Shown here piece by piece: positions 37,707 to 51,200 of a DNA stretch of 64,000 bases. Below the pieces are notes generated by a model. The model was not told the DNA's origin and made no database searches. It worked only from the letters and a program-made list of their open reading frames with translations. How positions within the stretch are numbered: the first letter of the stretch is position 1; every line of letters starts with the position of its first letter. Location of the stretch: contig CM082585.2 in NCBI GenBank assembly GCA_040954595.2, forward strand, positions 4,241,358 to 4,305,357, in the 5' to 3' direction. Both the position numbers and the translations under genes were made by a program. The stretch comes from Balanoglossus misakiensis (Eukaryota; Animalia; Hemichordata).

Positions 37707-40181
37707 TCTTTTATGGCTAACGGAAATATGAAAAAGCTAACCAAAACTTATGGTGAGTGTTACTTAAATAATAATCGTGCTACACATGACATCACACTGC
37801 AGTTATCATGATACTCTAATCTCACCTATCAGTTTTTTTTTGCCTTTCATCCATTAGAGTCAAGGATTGCCTTTGGGTCATTGTATTTCATCAAATGTTG
37901 GCCCTGAGAAAACCGTATCACAGACCGACCCTGTTTAACCTCACTTCCCACACGACAACATGTTGTCTCGAATATAAGCTTATCTTCTATCCTATTTTGC
38001 TTTCAAGACGAAACGTTTGCAAAATGAAGCTTGTCATATTATTCTATAGCAAACTAATCCCAAGCATACTGGATTTACAAGGCTGGCATTGATAACAAAG
38101 TCTCATCAAATAATTTTACACTTATTACCTGAATAATTCAGTTGATGTCAAAGACAGAAGTGTTTTGAATAACACAGAAATAATAAATAGCGTTATCAGT
38201 AGAATGAATCCTTTCGTTTTATCCATTGCCTTGAAAACCTTGAGAGAAACGTGATTGAGTTGTCAGTAAACACACTAATAAAGTCAATTGTCAGCAAAGG
38301 TACACATGTCCGAAATTGGTGAAATGTGTATCATTCGAAGGAACATATATATCCAACAGTCAGCAAAGGTACAGATTCGTCCCATTCTGCACCATTCACA
38401 TTTTAGGGAATGTCATACTACAGCAAAAGCAATGTTTCACTCCTAGTGCATGAGCCATAGCCCAAATGGTTTTACCATAAAACTTCACAATTTCACTGAA
38501 TCACTGTATAGCATTTTCGACACAATTTGAACACACTTGGATGCGTATACATGTACCAACTTTCAAAGCAACCACTATTTCATTCAAAACTTCCGAACAC
38601 CTCTCCTTCCATATAGACCATTACTTTTTCATGGTTTTAAGGGACGATAACACGTCAACAATGCCGAAGGCGGTGAAAGCCTCTTACCCGGCCCCGATAA
38701 AAATGTTATCAAGGCAGATATGGCAACTTGTCTTCTTTAATAAGCATTTACGCAGGAATTTTCATGCAAATTACAATGAAATATCACGGAGCGTTTTGAA
38801 GAAGCTGAATGCAATTTTCTTCCACGGATGCGACGTTGTGTTATGCTCTGTGTATAACGAAACACTGTATCTCATTTCTACGCTCTGCTGTGCTTGTCTT
38901 GGGGATCGCTTATAAACCGTCCATGTTTGGACCCATGGTTGAACGAATTTGGTGTTTTCAAAGTTGAACACATACGACAGACAATTACGGAGAACCGATA
39001 TTCCCCGAACGTCTTCTGACAACAGAGCTTGAAAGGGATGGTCACATGATTTTTCTTATCAAATCATAATGTGGTGAGAGCAACCATTGAGAATCGCACG
39101 AGTTGGCATTCAGCTGATCACGATAAAAAAAAACATTGGCCAATTCAATTTGGCCATCCGGGGCACTTCGTTCTATCATCTCCAAGCAGTGTATTTAATA
39201 TTCGATGATTTATATGGTTTGATGGTATTTTTTATTGATGAACTGCAGCACATCGGGAATCCCTTTCTTTATTCGTGATATCTACACACCAAATGTTATC
39301 AAAGAAAGAATTTCTTCTCTGGAACACGTCTTGTCTGGTGAAGCGACATTGAATTCCGAGTATTTAAGTAAACGTTTGTCGTTGGAGCTGAAGTTATTTG
39401 CAAATGGGCAACATAACGCGCCAAATAAAATATTGAAAATTGCCTGTTAGATATTCGATTGGCCCTTTGCATTTCGACTTATTTTTCTAGCGTTTGTACA
39501 CAGCTCTGTACATTTTGAAATGTCTGAACTAAAACGTGTGCCGTTATTCCGGCAATACTGACTAATCATCGCAGCCTGACATCTATGAACATATATACTG
39601 AAGGAAGATATGCATATTTTAAATATTGTAGTCAGATGGGTTCTGACGACCTTTCTGCTAATTAAAGACTTGAAATCCCATTAAACAATAAGTGTACAAT
39701 CAGCACAGCTTTAAGGGCCACAGACCCAGCTTCATGCTTCGATAATGATCATGTTTCACGTTCATGTTTACCTTTTCTGTGTATACCCTCATGCTTTTGT
39801 AAGGAGTACATGATGTATGTCATGGACGTCTTTTTTAACAGACATTTTTCTCTTGGATTCTGGGGATTAATAAATTATGTTTGATTGGGGAAGGCGCCTC
39901 GGGCGACGGGATTCTCAGTTTAGCCTGAGTGCAGTGGCCCCATAAGGCAAATTAGAAGATACATTCGATATGCATAACAGCAGCTACTGGTCGCTGCTTA
40001 ATTTATGCAAGCGACTACTGTAATTACATTTGGTTAGTTACAGTTGATATACTTGGCCAAGAACTCAAACCTCGCAGTGCATTTGGAAAACAGGCTCGGT
40101 AACTTTGCACGTTTCATGGCTTTGCGAACAAACATTCTTTGAGAGTAAGATGTCAGCGGTTGGTACTTTGCGATAGACATC

Positions 40182-42221
40182 ATGGAAAAGTTGCCTGTGT
40201 GTTTTTGTACACTTTTAGTGGTAATTACAATCTCGTGCAAGGTAAAAATATATTTACTTCATACAATTTACATTGATTGAATCCTATAACGTGCTCGTGC
40301 AGTACTCATAAACACGTAGTGTAATTAACTGAAACATGGCACTGATACATGTATTTGCGGTTTTTGTTTTATTTGGAAATTTACATCAGACACACGGTTT
40401 TACAAGATTAAATTTATGTCTGGAAGCATTTCAAATGTATACGCTTCGTTTCACCGACAAATCAAATATCGGAATCTCCTATAACTTGTTGGTTTGAGAA
40501 ACGCTTCAGTGCTTTGAAGTTTCATCTGTTTCATCTGTTTGTGAGAATTATGAATGGAAAAGATTCATTAAAATTATTGCATTACGTCATTAATCTTTCA
40601 AACTCAGATAATCACTTTTGAAAAAAACTGAAATGTTATAATTTTGCATCAAGTTGAAATATATGTTTTTATATGTAACTTTTGTTTCATTGTTTGTAGG
40701 TATTATATTTTCCACCTTTACCACTTTGTCGTACCCCTTTTGCTTATGAGCTGTAGGCATTGGAAAGTAATAAACACGCACGCGCAATACAAATACATTA
40801 GTTTTATACTATAGTATCCGTTCTTACACACCGACTCTTTTGTTTTGCCAAAAATTCAGTTTAATCGGAGCACTATACTTCGACAGCGTGAATTCTTCAT
40901 CTCTTACATTACCGATAAGAGTCATGACAGCTACTTTTCCTGACAGTCATTATAAAATGCGTTACCCAGAACTTTTCCATCCAGAATCTTATTAAATATT
41001 GTTCATTTTTTATAGAAATGTTTTGTTATTGCTGTACTAACATTTGTTCAATGTCGAATCGCAAATCGGTTGAATAATGAATACTTACTATTTTCACTTT
41101 GACACGGAGCTATATTATTTTGTAAAATTGGAAACAACTTAAGAGAAAGCTGATGTCAAACAAGTAACTGTTTTCCTATATATCCGCGAAGATTTTTTTT
41201 TACTTTTGAAGTTATCGAGTTTCAATAAAAGGTCAATCCGTTAAAACTGCACCAAAAACTTCACTTAACATACGGGAAAAATATACTGAATATGGTAACG
41301 AATTAACGTTATTTTCCATACAGTGATTGCATTTGCAGATTACAATGGGCTAAAAATGGAACTTGTTATGGAAACATTTTATATAGTTGATATACAGAAC
41401 AGCATTACTGGAAAAATGTCAAATGTGTTTACTAACTAGGCACAGTCCATAATCGGACAGGATGTATGCGAACAGAAGTGGAAAATAGGGCCGTATGACG
41501 AAGAAGTATGCGCTTGCCCAAGTGGCTTCACACCTGATCCAAGTTCACACCAGTGCGAAGGTGAGATCTGTGGGGGAATGTGGTCGTGTAACCAAGAAAA
41601 ATAGCTAATGTCTATTTAGTATAGAACACTGAGTGAAGTAAACAATATTGCAATTGGCGATATCATACAAATCCATCTGAATTATGATCAACAGAAGAGG
41701 CTTTTTCCGACGGACATTGAAACATGAACATTTCTTAACAGGAACAGGTTGGGTTTATATTGGGACAAAATGTGACCACCTTCACTGATCATTTGAAACT
41801 CGTATCAGCCTAAACAGACGAAAATTCAAATGGAAATTAAACTTTAGCGAATATAAAAAAATGTTCTACTTGAAATAGATAAAAAAAACAAATATGCACC
41901 AGTTTTTATTTCGTTTTTCTGTTTATGGATAGGATGTATTTTTCTCGTTTAGATATCGACGAATGCGAAACGATGATTGGAACATGTAGTCATATCTGTG
42001 TAAATACAATTGGATCTTTCTACTGCGAATGTTACCAAGGTTATGAGCTACATGTACACGGTGACAACAACACATGCGAAGGTGAGCGAAACTCCCTTTT
42101 TCTGTAGATGTTAATTGTATTTTTCTTTACTTTAGTATGTATGTATGTATGTATGTATGTATGTATGTATGTATGTATGTATGTATGTATGTATGTATGT
42201 ATGTATGTATGTATGTATGTA

Positions 42222-42270
<49 letters not shown>

Positions 42271-45200
42271 ATGTATGTATGTATGTATGTATGTATGTAT
42301 GTATGTATGTATGTATGTATGTATGTATGTATGTATGTATGTATGTATGATACCCTCTCTTAGCGAAAAGTTTGAAATTTCGAGAGTTGCATCTTGCGAT
42401 GAATCTTGTATGAGATTAGTTTTCCTCGTTTCATTGAGTAAACACAGGTTAGCAATGCGTGACATTAAAAATAATTTATTCATGATTGTCGTAAGATGAA
42501 AAGGAATGAATTAATATAGAACTCGTTGCTTACGGTAAATGGACAAATTAAACAAAACTTATATTAATCATCAAGGTGGCTTCTCCAGGTGATTGGTCCT
42601 GGACCAAACAACCTCTGGGGGTGTCTGCCAACTAATAAATGTAAGTACACGGCATAGCATCTCCATGTAGTCGTTGCTCTCTCTCTCTCTCTCTTTCTCC
42701 ACAGTGGTTACAAATCTTTGCAAAACACGCATAATTCATCAAGTAGTTTTTATTTAAGATAATCGGAGATGAGCCGCAATCTCGCAACCATGACTTGTCT
42801 GAGAAGCTGTAAAATGTTACAAGAATGTCGTGAAATACCTTTGACGTTGTCTCTCGTCGCTACATTCGTGATGTTGTCGTTGACATTATTGCAGCAAGCA
42901 GGTAAGACACTAATTATGGGTTTTGCATCTTCAGAAAGTTTGAAGATCCTCAAAACAAGAGCTCGTCACATTGTTTAAACACTGTGTGATTGTTTAAACT
43001 GACTGTCATAAGAATAACGATTTATTTCCAGGTTGTGTCACCTACCACGCTTTCCAGCCGATGGATCACCCTTCTGCCTACAATTTTTGTGAGCGATTAG
43101 GTCTTCGTCTTGTTAAAGATGACAGCGAAGAAAAACACGCAGCTATAGAAAACAATTTAGAAGAACTAGGCGTTCTAAGAGAAATATTCTGGATAGATGC
43201 TCGACTGATTGACAACGGACGCGTAGTCACAAGAGACGGGGACATTTTGACTCACAAGCCGAAGACCGATTTTTCAGAAAATAATGGAGAGTGTCTCTCA
43301 CTGGCGTGAGTTAAGCGTTTTGAAACTATATTCAAATATGAAGATATGTGTGATTTTTGTGCTCATTATAATACAGCTTAACTTGAAGCAATCATTTTGT
43401 GTCATGCGCAGAAGCTCATAATGGAAAATCAGTAGGGACAGAGTTGATTGACAATTTTAAGACATGCAGTTGCAATTGTTACAATGGACAATATCTTCGG
43501 ATCACAATTGTATCTCTTTTGTAATTACGTACACATGTCTCCTTTTGTGGAAAAATTCAATTCGGAAACTGTGAGATATGTCCATTTACCGTTGAACAAA
43601 AACGTTTCTCTGCAAATTGTGGTAAAACAATCTAACACTGATTTATTTATGTTTCTGCGAATTTTAGATCTTGTAGATTGAATTCTTCATTGTCTTTGGA
43701 TCTGAGTCAAAAATTTGGGAGAAATTGCAGAGAACGTTTTGCAGTATATATTATGAAAGGTGTACGGTTTGACTGGCGTTAAAGGGACTAAGTCTCTCTC
43801 TCGCTGCTCTTTTCCATGAATCATGTTTGCTATTAGACACCATTTATGTTATTCTACATGTGGATATATAGTGAATCAACTTTCGATCACACACAACTTC
43901 CATCCCACTTGTAGAATATGAGAGTAAAAATCTGGCCAAAATGAATAACTGGTAAAGACTGATTATTCATGTTGGCGAGTTTTTCACTCATGTGTCTACA
44001 AGTTGGATGGAAGTTGTGTGTGGTCGAACATTGATTCACTATTATCCACATATACATTAACATAAATGGTGTCTAGTATCAAACATAAGTAATGGAAAAA
44101 GGGCAGCAAGAGAGAGACTTTGTCCATTTAATGTGCGACGATAAAATATATACTTACTTGAAGTTTTAATTCCCAGATATGGCACATGGAAAAATCAAGA
44201 TTGTGGCAACAGATTTATGATGGAAGTTTTATGTGAAGATGCTAGTAAGTTATATTTGCCACTTGGTGTACCTTATGACTGATCTACCTATCCTGGTTAG
44301 TTCAAGTCAAAAGAAATATTGTTGTTTTAATGTTTTTTTTTATAACAGTTTGCATCTTTAATTAGGTGACACAATCACCTCATTTAATTGTCAAAACATG
44401 TGTTTGGTTTATTTTCGGAATACTAGATAATTATTTCGTCGTTTGCCTTGAATACAGACGAAAAATATAGGCTTAATTAGAGACACAAAATCAAAATAGA
44501 CATTCATTTTATTTTAAAGGAATTAAATTATGTTTTCTTTTGTCTTATTTGTAGCTTCTTTCGACTTAACTACCACAATGAGCAGGGGTATTGTGGATGC
44601 ATACCAGGTATGTGAAAACTTTGGATTGCGTCTTCTAACAGACACAACTGAATGGAAATATGAGCAGTACTGTGGATACATTTCAACGTGGAGAGACGCA
44701 TGGATTGATGCCAACATCACGGCAGATGGCAATGTGAAGACAGCCAGTGGTTTAATATTGGAACACACGCCTTTTGCGGCCAACCAGGCTTTTGAAGTCG
44801 GATTGTGCATTCGTGTAGTGTGAGTCGCTCTTTGTCCCTGTCATAGGCGTTGGAACTTGCGAGATTACATAGGAGAAATAATGGAAGTTAAATGTGTGTA
44901 TGCTTGTTGCAACACGTGTTTCTTATCTTAAAGGTTACAATCAGTATTTTGCACTATTTCTGGTATTTTATCAACTTAATCTGCCATATCGTCTGAATTG
45001 CAAAGCACTTTTTTAGCATGATACTTTACAGCTAACGCTTATTGCAATACAATTCCAACATGCGCCTTACAACATGAAAGACAGTGGATGTAAGAAAGTA
45101 ATCGGAACCCTGCCCATGTGAAGATTGAGTTTTTATATTGAACGATTTTGGAAAACTAAGCCAGGGTATGCTTCATGGTTAATGATTTTATTAAAAAATA

Positions 45201-48200
45201 ACGCAAAATGTGGCCTTATGACCAACCCGCATTCTGTATTGATCATTATTGACACTGTACAGCAATCATTGTACAAGTCTTAAAAAATACTTTGTTATAC
45301 AGATGTGGCATTTTTATTAAACGTTCTTGGTTCACTGGAGACTGCAATGGACTTCAAAGGGTTGTTTGTGAGGATAAAAGTAAGTATTTGAGACATTTTA
45401 TCTCGCGATGACTTTTGTATGAGGGATTATTTTTAACGATTTCATTAAGTATACACAGATTAAGGAATGCGCGCATGGTATTGAATTTATTTATGACTGT
45501 CTTGACATGAAATGGAATTAATTAGTATTAAACCTGTTGCTTCCGGTAACAGATAAATTAAACAAGAGGGTGGCTTTGATCTACACATAACCAGTGGGGA
45601 TTATGTATAAAACATATCTTGGACCAAATTAATGGGAAAAATCGGCATATTCTCTTGAGTGCATATTTGACATGTGTCGAAAGCATTGCCTTGCATGCAT
45701 CGTGTAGGAAATGTAGAGATAAAAACAAAGGTTGCTGACAATGGGGCAAAGATGTCCCCTGAAAATGTTATGTATTCATGTACTATTTTTAAGTCACGAA
45801 TACCTTCTCAATTTTAGAAATACAGCACATGATATTTTGGCACCTCTCACATCATCTGTCTTTTACATTTGCAACATTCAGATGATGACTTACTTTTGAT
45901 GCGGGAGAGGTTGGTCAAGATAAGTGACGATAAATTCAGAACAGCAGATGTGGTAAGAAAGGTTCCAATCATTTGAGGTTGATGTACTGCATCGTAGTGT
46001 ATAAACCCACAAGTTAGCGACATCCACAAACTTTAAATGTCTTTATGGGATTTGACTATTTTGTGACAACAGACGTCAAATACTAAATAGCTGTATTTTC
46101 TTTTGCCAGGGTATTATTGTAATTGAAAAGGTGGAAACTTTAACCTCTGACCTTTCAAATAAAAGCGTCATGTTTGAAGGAAGAATTATATTTGCAAAAG
46201 GTATTGTGATTTTTTTAAATCATAATGAATCTGTGACGTCAGTATGCATTTCAACACCGTCCACATTGAATATCATCCAATGACGTAAATACGATAATGG
46301 TATCATACGCAGAAATGTAGAACCTTACATTCCTTAAACGTATCGAATATGTGTCAACTATATTTCGTTTGTTTCAATAAATCATGCAGATAATTGGTGA
46401 CCGTCAAATATGCTATTTTCAGAAAACTGAGCTCTGGACTATTCCAAAAGCTGATGGATACGAAAAAGGAGATACACTTATTATCAACCGGGGTATGATG
46501 CAATAGCCGATGCAGACCGACAGAGTGAGAAAGTTTTAAATGTCAATAATTACATATTTCAGAAACACTGAATGTCATGCAAAAGGTGATAGACAGAATG
46601 CAGTCCCTAATTGACGCCAATCCGAGCGAGAAGTTGAATCCTGGGCAGGCAAACCACCTGACAAAGATAACAACGAAAGTATTCGCCCATTTATCAATGT
46701 TTATACTGAACGAGACTATTTGTGGACATGGAGCAATCATCGTGAACACTTCTTCTCTTGTGCTGCATCTGGAAAAGAACTTTGTGCAGGACTTGAGCAA
46801 CGTCACCATTATGATTGGAGATGGAAGTGGATTCAGTATTCCACCAGCAGATAATATGTTTCCACAATTCTCACGGGACACAGTCTTGAACAGGATGGTT
46901 TGTATACAACGTCTATAATCAGAAGAAAAATATTTCATTTTCCATCATACACTGCTTTATACTTGTATATTGATATTTGTATACCATTGGTCTTTAGGAC
47001 TCTGCCGCCAGTAACTATAATGTGACGTCCCAGCGATCTTGCTATCATTAATGGAATGAACTATAGGCTGATATTTGTGTTGAGTCAATGCATCCGTTGC
47101 AATTGTTTTTTTTTAATGAGCCCATACTATATTTTAAAGATGATCTTTGGTTTTATGTACAATATCTGTTGTTGTCATCTTGTGTCATTATGCTTAAGAC
47201 AAATTACAGTATTTTTTTTGTTGCCTTTAGATTTTCCGATTCGGTGGGAACCCGCACAGATTTGCAAATAGGACACATGGCTTCACTACCGATATACTGA
47301 CCCTTGAATTCAGAGATGAAGATGGTTGTGAGATAAAAGGTTGGTTTGCATTAATGCCATAAGTGGTATGCTATCATTCACATTGAATCGCAAAATCACT
47401 TCAAATTTTCGGGGAAAGAAGGTGCCTCTTTGGAACGCCTTGCCTAAAGGGGTTATTGATTTGGGCAAGGAGCATATCCTGTGTCACCATTGTCGAAACG
47501 AAGCAACATTTAAACTGGAAACGGCGAATTCATTCTTTTAAAACAACTTGACCGAGAAACCCAGCAACATACTTGTATAAACATACTCGGTTACAATTTC
47601 ATCGTGGAGGGCGTAAGTAGATTAATGACTAATTTTTGAATTTTGTTTTGAAATCATTTTTATTTTCAGTGAAAAATGCATCAGAGAATCTCGGTGTATG
47701 GCTTGGTAATCATCAGACACCTATAAATGAAAGCATCGTCAGGGGATTATACGTGGAAAGGGAAGGAGTCACTCACTATGCATTGACAGTAACGGTAATC
47801 TTTACATAATATATGAAATTCACTGTTCATTGCATGTTATCTGTTCTAGTCTTTAAACTCAAACATGAATATAAATGACATTGGTGCATGCTATTTCAAA
47901 CACTGTGTTATCTTTTACCTTACAAATATTATTATGTGAAATTTATCTTGCGTCAATATATCATTATTTACGTTGCAGGCGCTATCGGCCTACTCTGCAT
48001 TTCAAATCACCATGGAAGCATCAGCGCATGTGTTCGAGACTACTACAGCATACGTGTCACTGGAAAGATTTGATGCCGTCGGTGTCTACAATGGTTCCGA
48101 TTATGAAACTGAGTTGGTATTTGCAGGGTGTACAACATCCATATTTCTATCAGAAGCAAAGATCACCAGGACGGGCTTGTATTACATAGTCTTTGACCTT

Positions 48201-51200
48201 ACCAGTGGTAAGTTGTGTTTTTGTTTTTGTTTTTGCGGTTTATATCACTGTCAAATTCATAAATCAACATCTAGTGATTTTTGAATTAAAAATAATACAA
48301 AATTTTGCCTTGTGTCTAAAGTACTTCTGAAACTGTATTTATCAACTTGTTGTCATAAAAATCACTAATTTACTTTTTCTCTGTTGGATTACGCACATAT
48401 TGGCGGTCATTTTGAAGTATTCCATTGTGATCCCTGATTCACAACTTCAAAAGATACTCCAGTTGATTATATATGACATACGTGGAAGAAACCGAAGTTA
48501 GTTCTGTTATTCTTTTTTCTCTACAGCCCATGGGATCGACATCACTGTTCTCACTACTCAACACAGATGTAGCTACTTTGATGAGAATTATTGGCAGAAT
48601 GATGGTTGTAAGGTATACCAATTAGTTTCTTCTAAATTTTGCAAAACAATGAAGTGCTACACATAGTTCCATGTGATGAAACTAAATACAAGTAGCAATC
48701 AGTGCACGTTACGATTAATGTTAACTTGTGGGAAATACTGTAAACATTGTGACCCTTTGGGGGAGCGAGTGGAGCGCCCTCAAAGGGAGTAATTAAGTTT
48801 AAGTGTTGTGACCTTTGACATCAAACTTCAAGACGGGTTAGCCTGCGTTCGCAACTCGTTTGAGTTTTTTACACGTTTTTGTCATCTTTCATGCGGTCTA
48901 TCCCCGCATTTTGGGACGCTTTTACGAAAGCACGGTTCACTGTTCGTTTCTCCGACTACGATCACAAACGTCAGTCATCTACAGACACATTACATCGATT
49001 TATTCATCAACATGCTGAGTCGCATAGCAGCAGCTAAGAGGCCGACTACACGAGGCAAGGCGAGAGGTAGAAAAACTTCTGCAAATCAACCTGACGGACT
49101 TGATCAGTTTGTTTCATCGGACATAGCTTCGGAAATTCTGTCTGAGTTCCGAGCCCTGAGAGAAGAGGTAAACAGCATCAAGGCCGATATCCATTCAGGG
49201 CAGAAATCGTTCCCATGCACAGACAACGGGATCGAAATTCAGCCCGCCAACGGACACAGCAACGTTGCAAACGCTACAAACTCGCAACATTCTGGCGGGA
49301 ATGACACTGCCGCGCCTAACATTGATCAGCTGAGAAGCATGATGGCCGCTGTCACACAACTTCAGCGTGACTTGCGAGAGGCGCAGCACAACTACGTTCC
49401 CGATTTTCTCAACACAACGCAGGACTTTGGTTCCAATTTTAAGTTGGGTAAGTCTCAACGTTTTCTGACGAGAAAAGACAAGGCTACGGTGTCCGTATCT
49501 TGGCCGCATATGACAGCACAACCCCGACCATTCGGAGCCGGCAAGGAAATCAGTTACGATTCCATGACTATGAACGAATTTGTCGAGGGCTATACATCAA
49601 TCTTGCTCTCAGACACGATCTCAGCCACCGAAAAGCGTGTACGCCTACAACACTTAAATATGCTCATGCGGTTCGCGTCCGTGTACCCATGGGACGCAGT
49701 GTTGAAGTTCCATGGGGCCTTTTTACAAGACATCGAGTGTGGCCACCGGAGTTGGGATAGCGACGGTCACGACCTCAAAGAATTATACTTGTATCCCCGG
49801 GCATCTGAGGTCAAATCAAAGTCCCCCCTACCCACAAAATCGGGCGATCTCGTCCAGTTTTGTTGGGCATTCAACCTCGAGGGTCGGTGCAACGACGGCA
49901 GCTCATGCAAGTACAAACACATTTGCAGTGCTTGCCACAAGTTCAGGAAGAGGCAGGAGAGTCACCCTAAGCTAAAATGCCCATACAATGATCCAAAGTT
50001 CAGAGAGGAACGGTCGAAGCAGCAAAGTGACAAGAAAAATCAGGTCAGGAACAGGAACGAATTTAACCAGAGACATTTGTTGGACCGCAGTGTCCAAACG
50101 GATTGGTGTCTTTATGACAATAACAACCAACATGAATTTTCTTGTGAATTCAAACAGAATGATTCAGAGAATTTGACAGCTACTGAAACACTTCTCAGTA
50201 CCTTTCCTATTGATAGTACCATGTCTTCACACAATGAAATTTCAGGTCACAGTGTTCCACTCAACATGAATATTTCAGACGATGCTGGGTACGCGTCTGA
50301 GGATCCAGCTTGTGATGACGGCACACACTGTTTAGGCATTCCAGTTTCACCTACACCGGTAGTTACAAATATTACAAGTCAGGATGAACCATACTTTCAT
50401 CACGATCAAAAATTGTCCAGCTGTGATACGTTCACAAAAATTGAGTCTAATGTGCCACAACAGTTACAATCTGAATCCTCCCACGATTGCGACCTTGGCA
50501 TGGCCCAGGCTAACAACAGCGATTATGACTCTAACAACCCAGATTGTGATGTTGGCATTCGTAATCCAGACCCCCAATTTGTCCCATCAGTCATCAACAA
50601 TAACAATCATGACATGCCTGTTGATATATTGTCCAACATGCCACAACATCCACAATCCGGGTCCTCCTACAATAGTAATTGTGATTTTATCCAGGCAGGT
50701 ATCATAGATGATATGCAGCATACCTCAACAACAGATACACTTTCAGATCCGCATATGGCAGATTGTGATTTTGAACAAAGTCAGAGCGCTCACATCCCAA
50801 TAGAGTATTGGCCACCCCCATTGCCCCCCACAGCCTCACTGTCTATTCAAAATCATGTCACAGTTTACAATTCAAATTTACCCAATTACAAGGGGGGCCG
50901 CATTCCAGTTCAGTCAAATTTATGCATTCCAATTTGGCGAGCTAAACTACAAGGGTATGATGACTATGCAGTTTGTGACTTCTTAGAATTTGGATGGCCA
51001 TTGAATTACACATTATCCCATCACCCACTTCCAGTTTCCACCAACCACAAATCAGCAGTGCTGTACCCAGATCACGTAGACAGATATATCTCTAAGGAGG
51101 TAGCCCTAGGCGGTTCAGTCGGGCCCTTTCACGACTATCCCTTTGACAAACCTCTTATGTTATCCCCGCTTCAAACTGTTGACAAGAAGGGTTCGCCGGA

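Noticed and set aside
38541-39450. Cluster of 60-124-aa ORFs upstream of the lectin/GAIN gene
   Set aside because: No recognisable motifs, splice-phase chain or paralogous support.
42108-42499. MYVC/HTYI repeat ORFs, and similar FIHS and poly-His ORFs at 596, 6107 and 37337
   Set aside because: Translations of microsatellites.
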